NCBI RefSeq assembly: GCF_009914755.1
Contig: NC_060936.1
DNA length: 64,000 nucleotides
Origin: the human T2T-CHM13v2.0 reference genome, Homo sapiens
Reading direction: 5' to 3' (one strand)
Shown here: positions 13,357 to 27,049 of the stretch, in pieces
Layout: every line of letters starts with the position of its first letter
Numbering within the stretch: the stretch's first letter is position 1
Notes under the pieces: model-generated
Told to the model about the DNA's origin: nothing
Seen by the model: only the letters and a program-made list of their open reading frames with translations
Databases searched by the model: none
Made by a program: the position numbers and the translations under genes

Positions 13357-15279
13357 CCCCAAAAGGAGAGAGTCCAATCAGTACCACCCTTAAAGTTTGT
13401 AAGATCCTGGGCAAATATTTTATTTTTTGCAGGACTCCTGTCTATATAAACAGTTTGATTAAAGATGTACTGCAAATTCATGGACTCATGCAAAGTACAG
13501 TGATTTATTAATGAAGAGTTAGAATAATGAGTAGACAAGCAGTATATATATGTTTATTGTACATGTTTATTGTACAATCAGTGCACATGAAGATTCTTTG
13601 TAGTGTCTGATTACTGCCTATTTCTGTTCAGATCCAGAAACCATACCTTCATGTTCCCTATTGTCATATGTCCCATGCCTAACTACTTCCGCATCTCCCA
13701 TCTGAGAAAAATGTAGCAATGCTATTATTGTTACTGCCATAGCTCTTTGGAAACTGTGTGTATTTAAGCAACACAGACCATTTTGTACCTGTAGTTCTCT
13801 AATATCATTTACTTAATGCTGTACATAATTACTCATGACACTGCATCATCTATCATGCACCCTGTGGATTCTGACTTCGGTGACTCTCTTGAAGGTTGTT
13901 ATGGCATTGATGGTCATGAACGCAAGTCATTCCCAGAGTATTTCAGATAATGTGAATGATGGTTTGTTTTCTGGTCATGTTTTTACTGATGGTAATTTTA
14001 TATCATAAACTTATCTTCCAACCATGTGTTTCCTCAACTATTTAGATCAAAACCACTGCATTACTGATTGCATTGCTGACTGCTTTTGATTATTGCTATA
14101 CTCCCACCTTCCACAAACTGCCACCAATGAGGAAGATAGACAAGGGTCCTAGGGGCAGTGAGAGAAGAGACTTTCTATTTCTGTAAATGAATGTCCATTG
14201 TTCATTCAGCATGGCTTAGAATTGGTCCCCCCACCCCAAAGAACACAATATCACTGCATCAATTGTAGAATACTGATTGAAAGGATCCACTGGCCATGCT
14301 GAGCAACAATCTAGAAGAGTCTTACCGGAAAACAGAATGATCATTCCCAGAGGACTGCTTGACATGTGGCATGGAGCCTGCAGAGGGATTGGGGTAAGCA
14401 TCTTGGGTGCCAGTGGCTGGGAGTACATTGGGTTGAGGATACCTCCTGCAGCTCCTGCCGCCCACAAGGGCTGCCCACATGGGCAGACACACACCAGTGA
14501 GCATTAACACAGAGGCCCAAAGCTCAAGCCCAAAGGTCAGTGACAAATAGTTGGTAGCCCAGAGCTCTGAAACTCATCCTATGTCAGACATTGAGTCACC
14601 CAAGTACATATATCAGCACAATCTGATAGTCCAATTTCATGTGATCCCACAAAAGAAATACTGTGGTAGCCAGCAGGAGGGATCCACTAGCCAGGCTGCT
14701 CTCCTGAAATCAAGGCTGGCCATGGGTCCTGGGACAACTCAGAAGGGTGTGAGCCCCAGAGTTCTTACAGGTCAGGTGGATGATTCCGGGTATAGAGAGT
14801 GGAGAGTTGTAGAGTGCCTCAAAGGTAAGAAATAGGAACCCGGGCCCATATGGATGGATCAGGGCCCTTAAGGCACAGGGCCTGAGGCAAAAACTACACT
14901 TCCCTGGGCCTAAGGGTGGTTCTGGGTCCAATTCTAAATGAGAAAGTATTCAGAACAGGTCTGATCCCTGGGGATCAGAGTGCTGAATGCTGGGGAGTCA
15001 GAAGCAACTTAGCGGGCAAGACCAGAAGTGGCGGTCTCTATCAGGTACCTCTTCTGATGGAGAAGGGGGCACTCTAAATATTAATAGTACAAGAGTTCCT
15101 TGGAGGTTTGATTACAAAGGAGAAGAAAGAAGTTGCTTAAAATAGGGTCGTACTGAAACAAAATTGTATAAAAAAATAAGAAAAGAAAGAGAATAATAAA
15201 AATCAACAAATGAAAAAATAAACAATTTTTTACATCCTTTACATGTCAACAGAAGTAGCCCTTGGACTAAGAAAATCAG

Positions 15280-15730
15280 CGTCACTGGACCTGGATCTAT
15301 TTGCCCTAAGAGCTCATCTTTTCTCTTCTTCTGTTCTCTGTATTACAGGGGGCAGCCCCCTCTGGACTGTGTTTCTCTAGACTCCCAAATCAGCCGGGCT
15401 CTGGGTGGGCTTGAACAGCCATTTAGAAGCACTTGTGCAAGACTGGAAGGTGTTAGGAAGGGAGAAGTCAGGGGTATTTCTCTCCCTTTCTTTCTGCCTT
15501 GGGAAGTATCTCCATTGATGACTGTCCCTTTTTTATGGTTCCATTATTTCCTTGGTTTTCTTGGTTCCCGGGCTCTGATAACCACCATTTCCTTTTGTCT
15601 CTCAGCCTCAGGACACTAATGGCTTCTTGCTTTTGCTAGCCTGTAGGTCACCTCGCTGCCCCCAGTATGGCTCCTCTATTATTTCATCATCTGTGTAACT
15701 AACTCTCTGCTTTATATCCCTGTGTTGTAA
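15280..15730 (-). mobile_element. LTR33-like ERVL LTR
   Basis: gcaagactggaagg...ggaagggagaagtcaggggtatttctctccc...ctaatggcttcttgct motifs. Confidence 0.6.
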
Positions 15731-16221
15731 ACCTCTATAATTAAAACAGTGTGGTATTGGCCCATGAATAGACAGAAGGATGATGAAACAAATAGAAAGT
15801 CCAGAAATAGACCCAGGTATATATAGAAATTGGGTATATGACAAAGTTGGCATCTCAAATCGCTGGGAGGAAAGATGATCTTTAGAATAAGTGATATTGG
15901 TTCAGCTTGATAGACATTTGGAAAAAGTAAAAAAAATTGAATTCTATCTTATACATTATCTCAAGATTAATTTTACATAAATGTAAAAAATAAAACCATA
16001 TAAGATCTAGAGGAAAACACAGTGAAATCCCTTATATCCTAAGAGTGAGGGAGCCTTTCTAACTATGACTCAAAATACGGAAGCAATAATGGAAAAGATT
16101 GAGAAATTCAACTACTTAAAAAAAAGAAATGGCCAAAAAAAATCATCATAAACAAAATCAGAGGACAAATCACAAACCAGATGAAAATATTGCAACTTAT
16201 ATCACAGGAGAAGGTCTAATC

Positions 16222-16452
16222 CAGTGTTTCTAAAGCTCAGCACTACTGACATTTGGGGATGGATAATTCTTTGTTATGGGGGCTGTTTTCTGCACTGCAG
16301 GGCATTCGGCAGTACTTTTGGCCTCTACCTACTAAATGCCAATAGCACCCCTTTCCCAGGTGTGACAACCAAAAATACTTCCAGACATTGCCAAAAAACG
16401 TGGGGAGAGGAGTGAGGAGGGAGGCAAAATCATCCCCAGCTGGGGACCACTA
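16222..16452 (+). mobile_element. MER20 hAT-Charlie transposon
   Basis: cagtgtttct...cactactgacatttgggg...aaaatcatccccagctggggaccacta; degenerate 8-bp TSD gtctaatc/gtctgttc. Confidence 0.88.
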
Positions 16453-17046
16453 GTCTGTTCTAATATATAAAAAGATCTTAAAATAGTGAAGGAAAAATTC
16501 AAAATCCGAATAGAAAATTGGGCAAAAGACGTGGGCATTTCATAAAAAGAAGAGAAATGGCCCCTGAGCACCAAAAAGATTGCTTAATCTCACTCATACT
16601 AAGAAAAATGCAAATGAATGCTATTCTGAGAGATTTCTTACCTAGCAGATTGGCACACATCCAAACATTTGAAAGAAGTCTGTGAGCTACACATTACTGA
16701 TGGAAGTGCAAAATGGCAAAAGCTCTTTGAAAGAGAATTAATCGGTATTTTAAAAAATTATATTCAGATTTTCTTTTGACCTAGGAACCCCACTTCTATG
16801 AATATTCCCCAAGAGAGAGAGTTCCAGGAGAACAAACCAACATATGTACAAGGTTACTTACTGCTGTAAAAGGCTGCAAGTAATTCAGATTTCCATCAAT
16901 AGCAATAATGGAATAAACAATGACATACTACCCAATGAAATACCATAATGCAGACCTTAAAGGAAGTGAAGACTGTCTTTATGTATTGATAAGAAGTAAT
17001 GGTCAGAATGTATTAAGTGGAAAATTCAAGGTTCAGAGCAGAGTAT

Positions 17047-17077
17047 GTGTGTGTGCTTGTGTGTGTGTGTGTGTGTG
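17047..17077. repeat. Interrupted (TG)n microsatellite
   Basis: Read directly. Confidence 0.9.
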
Positions 17078-17441
17078 TTGTAAAAGAAAATTCTTAAAAA
17101 TGATAACATAGCGGATGAATGGGAGGAATAAAGTAGGGAATAGATGGAAAGAAGAATTTTCTGAGTACACCTTTTTATATAATTTTGACATCTGAACTAT
17201 GTAAATGCCTTATATAATTTTACAAATGAAAATAGAAAAGTTAAATCCTAAAATTAAAAGGAAACCAGAATAAATAAGCCTAACTCTATTTTAAATTAGT
17301 AATACGACTCGGAGAGAAAATTATTTCAAGTGACTTTTGGCAAAGCATTCTGATTATATTTTTATGACTACAATTTTAGGATATACTGTAAGCACAAAAA
17401 GTGATTCAAATAAATTTTAAATTTCACTCAATAGTTTTGTT

Positions 17442-17695
17442 GTATTGGGGACACATGAATGTAAAGATGGGAACAACAGATACTCGAGACTACTAGAGGA
17501 GGAGGGTGGAAGGGGGCAAAGGTTGAATAACTACCCACTGGATACTATGTTCACGACCTAGGTGACAGGATCAATCATATCCCAATCCTGAGCATTATGC
17601 AATATAGCCATGTAACAAACCTGCACATGTACCCCATGAACCTAATATAAAAGTTAAAATTTAGAAAAAAATAAAATAATTAAAAAGTATTTAAA
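17442..17695 (+). mobile_element. L1PB-like short 3' end insertion
   Basis: ...catgtaacaaacctgcacatgtaccccatgaaccta... plus A-rich tail; 12-bp TSD aatagttttgtt at 17430-17441 and 17696-17707. Confidence 0.85.
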
Positions 17696-18974
17696 AATAG
17701 TTTTGTTCTCATTAGAACCTACTTTATATGCTAGGATAAAACAAACATGAATGTCTTAGAAACTAAGATTTTCATTATAAAAGAAAAGAGACAATATAAG
17801 ATCAAAGTTAGAAACTTATAATATTAAAATTTAATCAAAATCCTTCATATGCAGTAAGTATTATATATGCATTATAGATGTATAAAATATATGCGTATTT
17901 TTTCTTGCACTATCTGTTGTCATTTATTGTAAAACACTGAACATATAAAAATTCACAATTTTACAGTGGTTGAGAAAAGAAAACGGAAAAGAAAAAAGAA
18001 TAAGATGAAGAGAGTGATAGAGAGACACACGACTATCAAAGCTCACTAATAAACCAACTTTTCACTCTAAAATTTGACAATTAAAAAAATAATTCAGAAT
18101 ATCGCACCTTTTTGGGAAAAGCTGTCGCCAATACCCATTTTATTTTGGAAAGCTCTTTATAAGAGATTAACAGCCAATAAACGTAGAAGGAATAATATTA
18201 TTAGAGAATCAGAATTTTGCAATCCCAATGAAACCACTGTTCCCATCAAGGATCATCAAAGAATGATAAACCCTTATGTGAAAGTTCACTGGGGAATACC
18301 TGATGTCATTCCCAACAGTTCATTTACCCCACAGTTTACTTGCTAATTGCAAAGGGCAAACAGACCTTGCAATGAAGTGATCTAGTAGTAACCACCCTAA
18401 AAGTGATAAAATTTAGCATGACCAATAGAGCGAAGCCTGATATTTTATGCTTCCTAATGTGATGCAATATAAGGTACTCAGAATCACCTATGAAGTACCA
18501 TACTCTTGCCAAATGCTTAAGCTAGATGTGCCCAAGTCTTTGGACCTAATATCCAGGTTATAAAAAGTACAGGTATAAAAGGACAAGTTAAACAATCAGA
18601 CAAATATAGAATGTGATATATTTTACAAGACAATTGTCATCATCTCAACAAAAAGTCAGTATCACAAAAATAAATGTTGGTGGACTGTTCTAGACTTAAA
18701 GAAACTTGAGTGATGTAACAATCAAATTAAATAAGTGAACTCTGGATCCTGGTTTGAAAAAGCAGCTGCAAGGTCATTTTGGGGAAAATTGGATAAATTA
18801 GATAGACAGATGCTAGATGAAATAGGCTGATTAGATATCACTTGATTAAGAAATTATAATTTTCTCAGTGTGCAAGGTATTACGGTTAAGAGAATGCTCT
18901 TTTTCTATATGTATACTGAAATATTTAGGAGTAACATTATCTCCAGAATTTATTTTCAAATTTTTCAGCAAGCA

Positions 18975-19014
18975 AGATAGAAAGATAGATAAATAGACAG
19001 ATAGATAAATGGAT

Positions 19015-19069
<55 letters not shown>

Positions 19070-19132
19070 CGGACGGACGGACGGACAGACGGACGGACGG
19101 ACAGATGGACGGATAGACAGACAGACAGAGAC

Positions 19133-19181
<49 letters not shown>
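18975..19181. repeat. Compound tetranucleotide STR: degenerate GATA lead-in, (GATA)12, GACG/GACA core, (GATA)12
   Basis: Read directly; accounts for ORF 18965..19192. Confidence 0.97.
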
Positions 19182-19182
<1 letters not shown>

Positions 19183-20848
19183 AATATGGCAAATGTTAAC
19201 TCTTGAATGTAGGTTGTTGGGTGATGGGCATACGTTAATTACACTGTTCTTTCAACTTGACTGTTTGAAAATTTTAGTTAAAAAATGTGGTGAAGAACAT
19301 TGTACAAATATAGGATGAGATACGACAGAACATAAAGAAGACCCTTATAAGTGTGTAGGAGATTAGTGGGCATGATTGTTATTCTTAGATTACTTAAGGA
19401 GGCACAAAAAATTAGTCTTCAGCAGCTAACGGCATAGATATGATAGGGTTGCACTAGATCCACCTTCTAGGGCCAAAAAGGCACTGGTGGAGCTGTCTCA
19501 GCTGTCAGTGCTAACAACAAAGTTGATTAGACAAAGATCTATGGATCTAGAGTGCTTGGCCATGACTTAAAAAATAGAGAGCATTTAGGGGAAATATTGG
19601 CAGGGATAGCCTGCCTCAGCTATTATTGTTATGGCTTATGGAACATGATGATGGGTACAGCACCAAGAAATCCTGTCATCATGGACCTACAAACAGTAAG
19701 GATTTAGGCTGAGTTTTAGCAAAGGGAATAAAGAAAGCAGCTAGAAACCCAAGAAGGCCAGTGGATCCAGATGAGTTACTAGAATCTCTTTAAAAGACAG
19801 GCAACAGACACACAGACATGCAATGAATTCAATAAAAATTATATAGTCACAGCACATTTTCCCAGTCTCAGGAGGTTTTTGCCCTCTGGATGGAAGGTAA
19901 TGGTTTGTTAATAAGTACCTGGCTTCACTACACATACACTAGTTTCAGGGTGAAATATTACTTTAATTAACTAGTTGAAATTTCACAGGTCTAGAATTTA
20001 ATTACCTGTTGGAACTGTAGCTAAGATATCATGGTCTCATAAAATTTTACTGCCTTTTAAAAATGACCATAATTTATCAGAATCTTGGGGGAAATTGTGC
20101 ATTGTGCATGAAAACAACAAACATTGGAATATAGTTAGTCCTAAGATTGAAGAAGAGACTTACAAGTACTTCGATGCACTCTACTGAAGTTCAGATGAGA
20201 GGACAGATTCTGTTTCAGTGACAAAGACAAACTGGGTTTCATATTCACTGTTGTCTTCACCTTCTGCTATAGAGTTTCTGGGTTTTTTGTTTGTTTTTGT
20301 TTCTGTTTTGTTTTTTTTTCTTGCTAGGCTCCCTCAAATCATGGGACAGTTTCTGGTTTTGGACCCCAAGGAAAATCTGAAGGTAGATGAAGTTGTCCTT
20401 TGTCAAACTACCCCTGCTTTTTTTGTGTGTGTGTTAGCTCACTTTGTATGGCATTTAGAGCCTGTATGTCCTAATCTATTTCTTCATTATGCAAAGCATT
20501 GAATAGTTTCCCAGATTCTAATTGTCCTTGTCTAGGTAGCATGTGTACCAGGGTATTATATTTTACTGTATGTTGTCTCTACACATGCCGCACCAGATTA
20601 GGCTCCCAGGAAGCCCTAAACTCTTGGTGATAGTTTGATGGAGGAAGGAGAGTAGGATGAAGCCTTTCCTAGTCCCTGAGCTTTAGTGATCTCTGTAAAC
20701 GCACAATTTAAGAGATAAGACATGTGAGAAGAAGGGTAGGATTAAAGATCTGATGAATTAGTTGCTAATCTATTTCTTAGGCAAGTAAATTTATCCCTCT
20801 TGGTATGTGTCAACTTGTCTAGGTCACAGTACCCAGTATACACATGTG

Positions 20849-20892
20849 CACACACACACACACACATATACATACTGAGAGAGAGAGAGAGA
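20849..20892. repeat. (CA)9 and (GA)8 compound microsatellite
   Basis: Read directly. Confidence 0.9.
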
Positions 20893-21262
20893 ATTTACTG
20901 GTTTTGTATCTCTGAAAAAGCCTAATACAATGTACTCCCTCATCTGTGAGAACCTTCCAAATTCTTCAGTTTTACAATTTCATATCTAAAGAACAGGTCT
21001 TTGTTGCTAAATTACTGCCTGAAAATAGTTAAGCTCTAATTATTAAGGAAAAAAACATTCCTGTGAAAAATATTTTCTTTCCACTTATAATGCAAAGGTA
21101 AACTTCACCAGTATATAATAAGAATAAATTATTAATAAATGGCACCTGTACTAATAATAATGCTTTACTATTTGTTAAAATATTCCATAGTACTGAAGAC
21201 ATTTAACTACGTTAGTAAATGACCCAAACTAACACTATTATTATTTCTTTAAAATTGGTGAC

Positions 21263-21598
21263 ACAGAGGGATGACTAGGCAAAGCATAGAGGATTTTCAG
21301 GGCAGTGAAATATTCTATACGATACCACAATGATGGATACATGTCTACTTACATATTTGTGTAAACCCATAGAATGTACAACACCAAGAGTGAACTCTAC
21401 TGTAACTATGGAGTTTGGGTAATAATGGTGTGTTAATGTAGGTTCATCATTTGCAACACATGTACCACTCTAGTGGGGGATGTTCATGATGGGGGAGGCT
21501 GTGCACTTGTGGGGAGTAGGGAAATATGGGAAATCTCTGTACCTTCCACTCAATTTTGCTGTGAACCTAAAAAGAAAAAATATGTCTTAAAAAAAAAA
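21263..21598 (+). mobile_element. L1MC1-like 3' end
   Basis: gaggattttcagggcagtgaaa...cccatagaatgtacaacaccaagagtgaac...caattttgctgtgaacctaaaa plus A tail. Confidence 0.85.
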
Positions 21599-22644
21599 CT
21601 AATGACCCAAGTGTGAATAAAACATGGATTACATAGAACTTAAGGGTTTAAAATCAACTTGCACCATACTGAAACCACTTAGGGTTCTTATCATGCTGTG
21701 TTTCTTATGATTCATTTGTAATTAGTCAGAATATACTGCAGCTGTTTGTGATTTCAGGGAAGAATAAGATGTTTATAAAGAGAAAATGTTCCATTATCTC
21801 TGCTTTTTAAAATTCCTTTCTTTGTAAATGATATTTTATGATATGTTTTCCATCCTCATTTCAAATCCTAAACAAGACTGTTAAATAGGGGTTTGTCATA
21901 CATAGAAAAATTGCTACATATTAGCTTCTTTCCCCACTTCCTCCCCTAGTTTTATACATCCATACACACACTCACGCACATTATTTTTATATGCGACAAT
22001 TTCTGGCTCTGCATAAAATGTTACTGCAAAAGTACACTGTGTCAAGTTTTTTCAGCTGCTTACATTCCTACTCTGGTACCAGTGCCAGGGTTTCAGGGCA
22101 CTACAATTTCCTTTATATCTCAGTGGTTATTTTGAAATTATCATGTCTCATCTGCACTCCCTCATAATGTATGCCTTCCATGTCATATTAAGCTGCACTC
22201 TTTTCCCTGCCTTAATTCCCTAATTTCTGGAATGATATTGGAATTGGTTATGATTAAAACAGCAAGGGTCTATATTAAAAGCAAGTATCTTCCTCATAGA
22301 TAGATCATGAAAGTTTGAGGTACCATGAAATATGATGTGAAAATCACCTTCTTCAAATATCCAAGAAGATCACTAGTAAATTTCAAGTGTAGGTTCATTT
22401 TTACATATATCTTACTTACCCCTGGAGTTCCATAGCAGAGGTGGTAGTGAACTTGACCACTAGTGAGAAATAAGAGGAACTATGGGGTAATTGTTCCCAA
22501 GGAAAGGGCAGGAATAGGCCATTATGTGCATGTAACTGTAAAGAGTCAGTAGATGCATCAAGAGGTATCGTATGACAATTGGAAGATACAGAAATAAATT
22601 CCCAGGGTTTCAAGATAATTGGGAGAGGAAAAAAGGAAAGACAG

Positions 22645-23034
22645 TGTGGTGGACATCTTTTGTTTTTGCTTGACTAGAATCCTCCTTCATTAGTAACAGC
22701 ATCTGAGAAACTATCCCTTCCCTATTAGACGGGTAAGAGTCTCAGTTGCAATGGCCCATCCTCCCCTGACCAAGAATGTAGATTTGGTCCAATACAGGCA
22801 AGTCAGACACTTCATGGGATATGAATCTTTAACTGAACAACACAAAGGCTGAAATTTTTTCCAGCTGATTTATCTCAATGATGGTGTTTTAAAGAGACTT
22901 TTTCATTAGTTTCTTCTCCCTAGATATCCCTAGTTGCTCCAGTTACTGCTCTTTTTGAATACTTGTTTCATTTTTTGTTTTTTTTTTAAATCCTGCTTAC
23001 ATTAGTTGCATGCAATCTTACAAGCTTAACTGAC
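22645..23034 (+). mobile_element. Old ERVL-type LTR (LTR67/LTR16-like)
   Basis: Starts tgtggtggacatctt...agtaacagcatc and ends ttgcatgcaatc...taactgaca. Confidence 0.45.
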
Positions 23035-23487
23035 AAATCATTACCAACAAATTAGATTTCTTTAGTGACTTGGCGAAAGTGAGAAAGAAAACTACCTTTG
23101 AGAAAGGGTGGACTGGATTAAAGAATGAAAACTTTCAGCCAAATAGTAGAGAACTTTGCCTAAGAATGACTTAGAACTTTGGTCCACTTCAAGGAAAGGA
23201 AACTAAGCCAGAATGTAAATCAATGCATTGCTTCTTTCATTGAGAAAGTCATGTAACAAAAAAAACACCAGCTGAACTAACCTGGATGCTTAGTGATGTA
23301 TTTGGATTTACACCATGCTGCCAGTTCCTTACAATTTCAGTCTCAGTAACCCTGATCTAGCTTAGGTTGTTTTAATCCAAAGAATGTGCTGATTGAGACT
23401 TTTTATTGGAATAACTAGAATTTGACACATGATTTCCAGAAGTATAGAGGTTCCCAGAAAATACATAAATGAATGGAAAGAATAGTA

Positions 23488-23957
23488 CAGCAGGCCCTTG
23501 AATAATGTTGTTTCATTCAAATGTCATTTCATTATAATGTTGGTGAGGAAAAAAAAATCTATTCCCAGTTAGAGCCACTGTCTGTGTGGAGTTTGCAGGT
23601 TTTCCCCGTGTCTGGATGGATTTTCTCTGGGTATTCTGGTTTCCTCCCACATCCCAGAGATGCACATGTTAGGTGAACTGGTGTGTCTACAGGGTCCCAG
23701 GCTGAGTGAGTGTAGGTGTTAATATGAGTGTACCCCGTGAAGGGACAGCATCCTGTCCAGGGTGCATTCCCATCTTGTACCCTGAGCTGCAAAGATAGGC
23801 TCCGAAATAATAGAGTAAATAATTGTCTGGCTTGTTTTTATTAATCTTAAATGTATGTATAGTTCACATTTATTTCAATGTTTAATATGGGAAGTGTTTT
23901 GGTCTTTATTCAGAAGTTTGGTGATGTTTTAGTAACCAGAAATATGCCATAGAAGCT
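23488..23957 (+). mobile_element. MER6 (TcMar-Tigger) 5' part
   Basis: ta|cagcaggcccttgaataatgttgtttc terminal repeat, then gccactgtctgtgtggagtttgca...ggtttcctcccacatcccagagatg. Confidence 0.85.
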
Positions 23958-24430
23958 ACAATTTTCTAGCTGAACAAATTACAGCAATATAAGCTTTCTT
24001 ATGGTTATCTTAAAAGATCTTATGGTTATCTAAAAGATCTTAAATCACACATCTTCTTTGTGTTTCTGGTATGCCAAGTTTTGTTGTTTATGGGTTTCAA
24101 TGTGAATTTGTTTACTTATTTATTTTATTTTTTTACCTAAGATCCAGGAACTATAGATCAATGTAAATTAAATAAAAAATTGACTTGGATTCTTGTCCTT
24201 GATTAAACTGCAATTCATGTGTTTTTGAATTTTTAAAAGTAAATTTTCTGTTGTAAAGTAATAATGACGGCTACCTCCCAATGGGACACATTCTGTTTTC
24301 TAGAGTCAATGAATTCAAGTCCACTTGGAGTCTATGAGTTTGGATCACCTTATCTTAAAGGCTACTTGGTGAACAGAGTTGAAGTTTTAAGATAATCCGT
24401 TAGTTGAGTTAAAAAAGCACTTGGGTATAT

Positions 24431-24620
24431 CAGGGCTTCTTAACTTCAGCACTACTGACATCCTAGAGCTAGATAATTCTTTGCTGTGGACAGTTCTGTA
24501 CATTGTAGGATGTTTTCAGCAGCCCTGGTCTGTATCCCTAGATGCCAGTAGCAATCTTCCTTAATTGCCCAATATGCCCTGGGAGGAAGGGGTAAAATCA
24601 CCCCAAGTTGAGAACCACTG
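24431..24620 (+). mobile_element. MER20 (internally deleted)
   Basis: cagggcttcttaac...gttgagaaccactg termini; 8-bp TSD gggtatat/gtgtatat. Confidence 0.85.
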
Positions 24621-26249
24621 GTGTATATCATTGCTATAAGGGCATTGGTTTTTAAACCTGACAAAGCTGAGCTCACCTCTCAGGTCTGTCCCTTTCTTAC
24701 GTTGATTTGGGAAAGTTACTATTTTCCTTGTCTGAGAAATGTTGATATCTCCTGGGAATTCTTGAAGAGATTAGAAAATGTACTTAGCTTCATGACTCAC
24801 CTATAGTAAAAACTCAACAAAGTAATCATTGTTAGTAATAGTATCATAATTCCTAAATCCTAAATACAGATTTTCTGATCTAAATGTGCAAATAATAACT
24901 AATCAAATTTCCAACTGTGTTATTTGACAAAGGTATAATGAACTAAAACTCTAAGACATGTTAAAAAAAAAACCCTAAATACAATAATTTCTAAATGGGA
25001 CAAAGGCTTTATAGCTAACTCTTTGAACTTGAAACTATTTTCAGAAAAATGACTGGAGTAATGTTGCTTTCCATACATAACTGTTGAGGAAATGTACTAA
25101 CACAGACGAGATCAAACTGAAAAAGAATTATATGTCCAATGTTCTAGTCCTAGAAAGAATACACACACTTCCTCTCTCTTCCTCTAAATCCATAGATGTT
25201 AGCAGTGAAAGATACTAAGAAAATGAAGAACTAGAACGTGGAATATTGTCACATGGAACTAACATAAGAAGTAAAATGTAAATGAAGGAATTTTATACAT
25301 GTGCATTTCAAATGATCTCGACCACAAAATCAGAGAAATGACAGACGAATACATGAATTATCAAACCATTCGCTGTTCAAAAATAAACTTCTGAACTTTA
25401 GTGTTTGCTTAATGGAAAGTTCTTTCTTTTCTTTACTCAGTTATGACCTCAGACATGCATCAGAACTCAATGCATATGATAAAACATTATCATGCCAACT
25501 CTGTGGATACGAAAAAAAATGCATGAGTGGAGTGACATTTAAAATGCTGATTTAAATTCCTTAGCATAAATTTCAACCATCTGGGAATTTTATTTGCTTT
25601 CCTCTTGGATCCTGTTGCACACTCAGGTGAGCATAGCTGTTATCCATAAATGAACAGTTGTTTTGAAGGGGCAGTTGTACAGTCTCTTTAATACCAAGTT
25701 CACTTTATCTGGGGTGTTCAGATAGTGCTTTCATTTTCAGGTTTGTGGAAAGGTGAAGAGACAAAAAGCTCAAATGCTTTGTTAGGAAATGCTGCTGAGG
25801 AAAGGAATCCTGATTATTGCTTTGAACTTCAAAGTATATCAGTAACAGGGTCTCTTAAAAGGAAGTCTCTTGAGAGTTCAGATTACAGTGAATAATCTTA
25901 GAAATGTTCCTGATGAAATTAAATTGCATGGTTCAAGTAATGGGCTACTCTCCCATATGAGCCTTGCCATGATTAAAACTGCTTTAACACTAAATCGCAC
26001 ATGGATGCCTTGTAAATACAAGATATTTAACAAATATTTCTCTTGATGACAGTCTCATCTCACCTCATTTCAGCAAATTAAAGTAAGTTGCCACGGCTTT
26101 AAAGAAGTCACACAGCTAGTTAATTGCACCGTTTGTCCAGGAAACTCATTCTCCTGAATCAATCCCAGTACAGCTCTGGGTTGGATTGATTAAATCATGG
26201 ATACATTGATTGTTTTAATGAAAAAAGTTTACATGTTCATTTAATCTAA

Positions 26250-26577
<328 letters not shown>

Positions 26578-27049
26578 TGAGTTAACTAAAATGTTGAAAA
26601 GTTAAGGGAATTGGTCATTATTCTTCAGCATATCATTCTTGAACAAAATGCGGTTTCTATTATACTCTGGCTTTTGTGGGGCTAGCAGTATCTGAAGAAA
26701 CACTGCAGAAAACATTGTAGACAGTTTTATTTCCTAGGAACATCAGTAAGATTTCCACAATATAAAAACTTAAAAAAATATTCAGAGCAAAAATAATTAA
26801 ACTACCATAAAAGTGTTCTTTGCCAACGAATTGTGACTAGTACAAAGCATTCAGTCATAATAAATCTTTTAAGCTTTTCAAAAGCAACTCCAGAAGCTAA
26901 GTTTCAAAATTTGTTTAGACAAAAGCAAATTTTTAAGAAAAAGAGTGTATATTTTCTTCAAGCTACATTGAAGGCATTTGCATGTTTAAGTACCAGTGAA
27001 CCATTTGTTTATGTTTAAAAATGTTTAATCACGTTAGTGTTTTTTTAGT

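Larger units (their letters stand above)
15730..19290 (+). mobile_element. Old L1MC/ME element (ORF2 end and long 3'UTR), fragmented by MER20, (TG)n, L1PB and a GATA STR
   Basis: aaaacagtgtggtattggcccatgaatagaca...ccagaaatagaccca..., aaaatgcaaat..., terminal cttgactgtttgaaaattttagttaaaaaatg. Confidence 0.7.
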
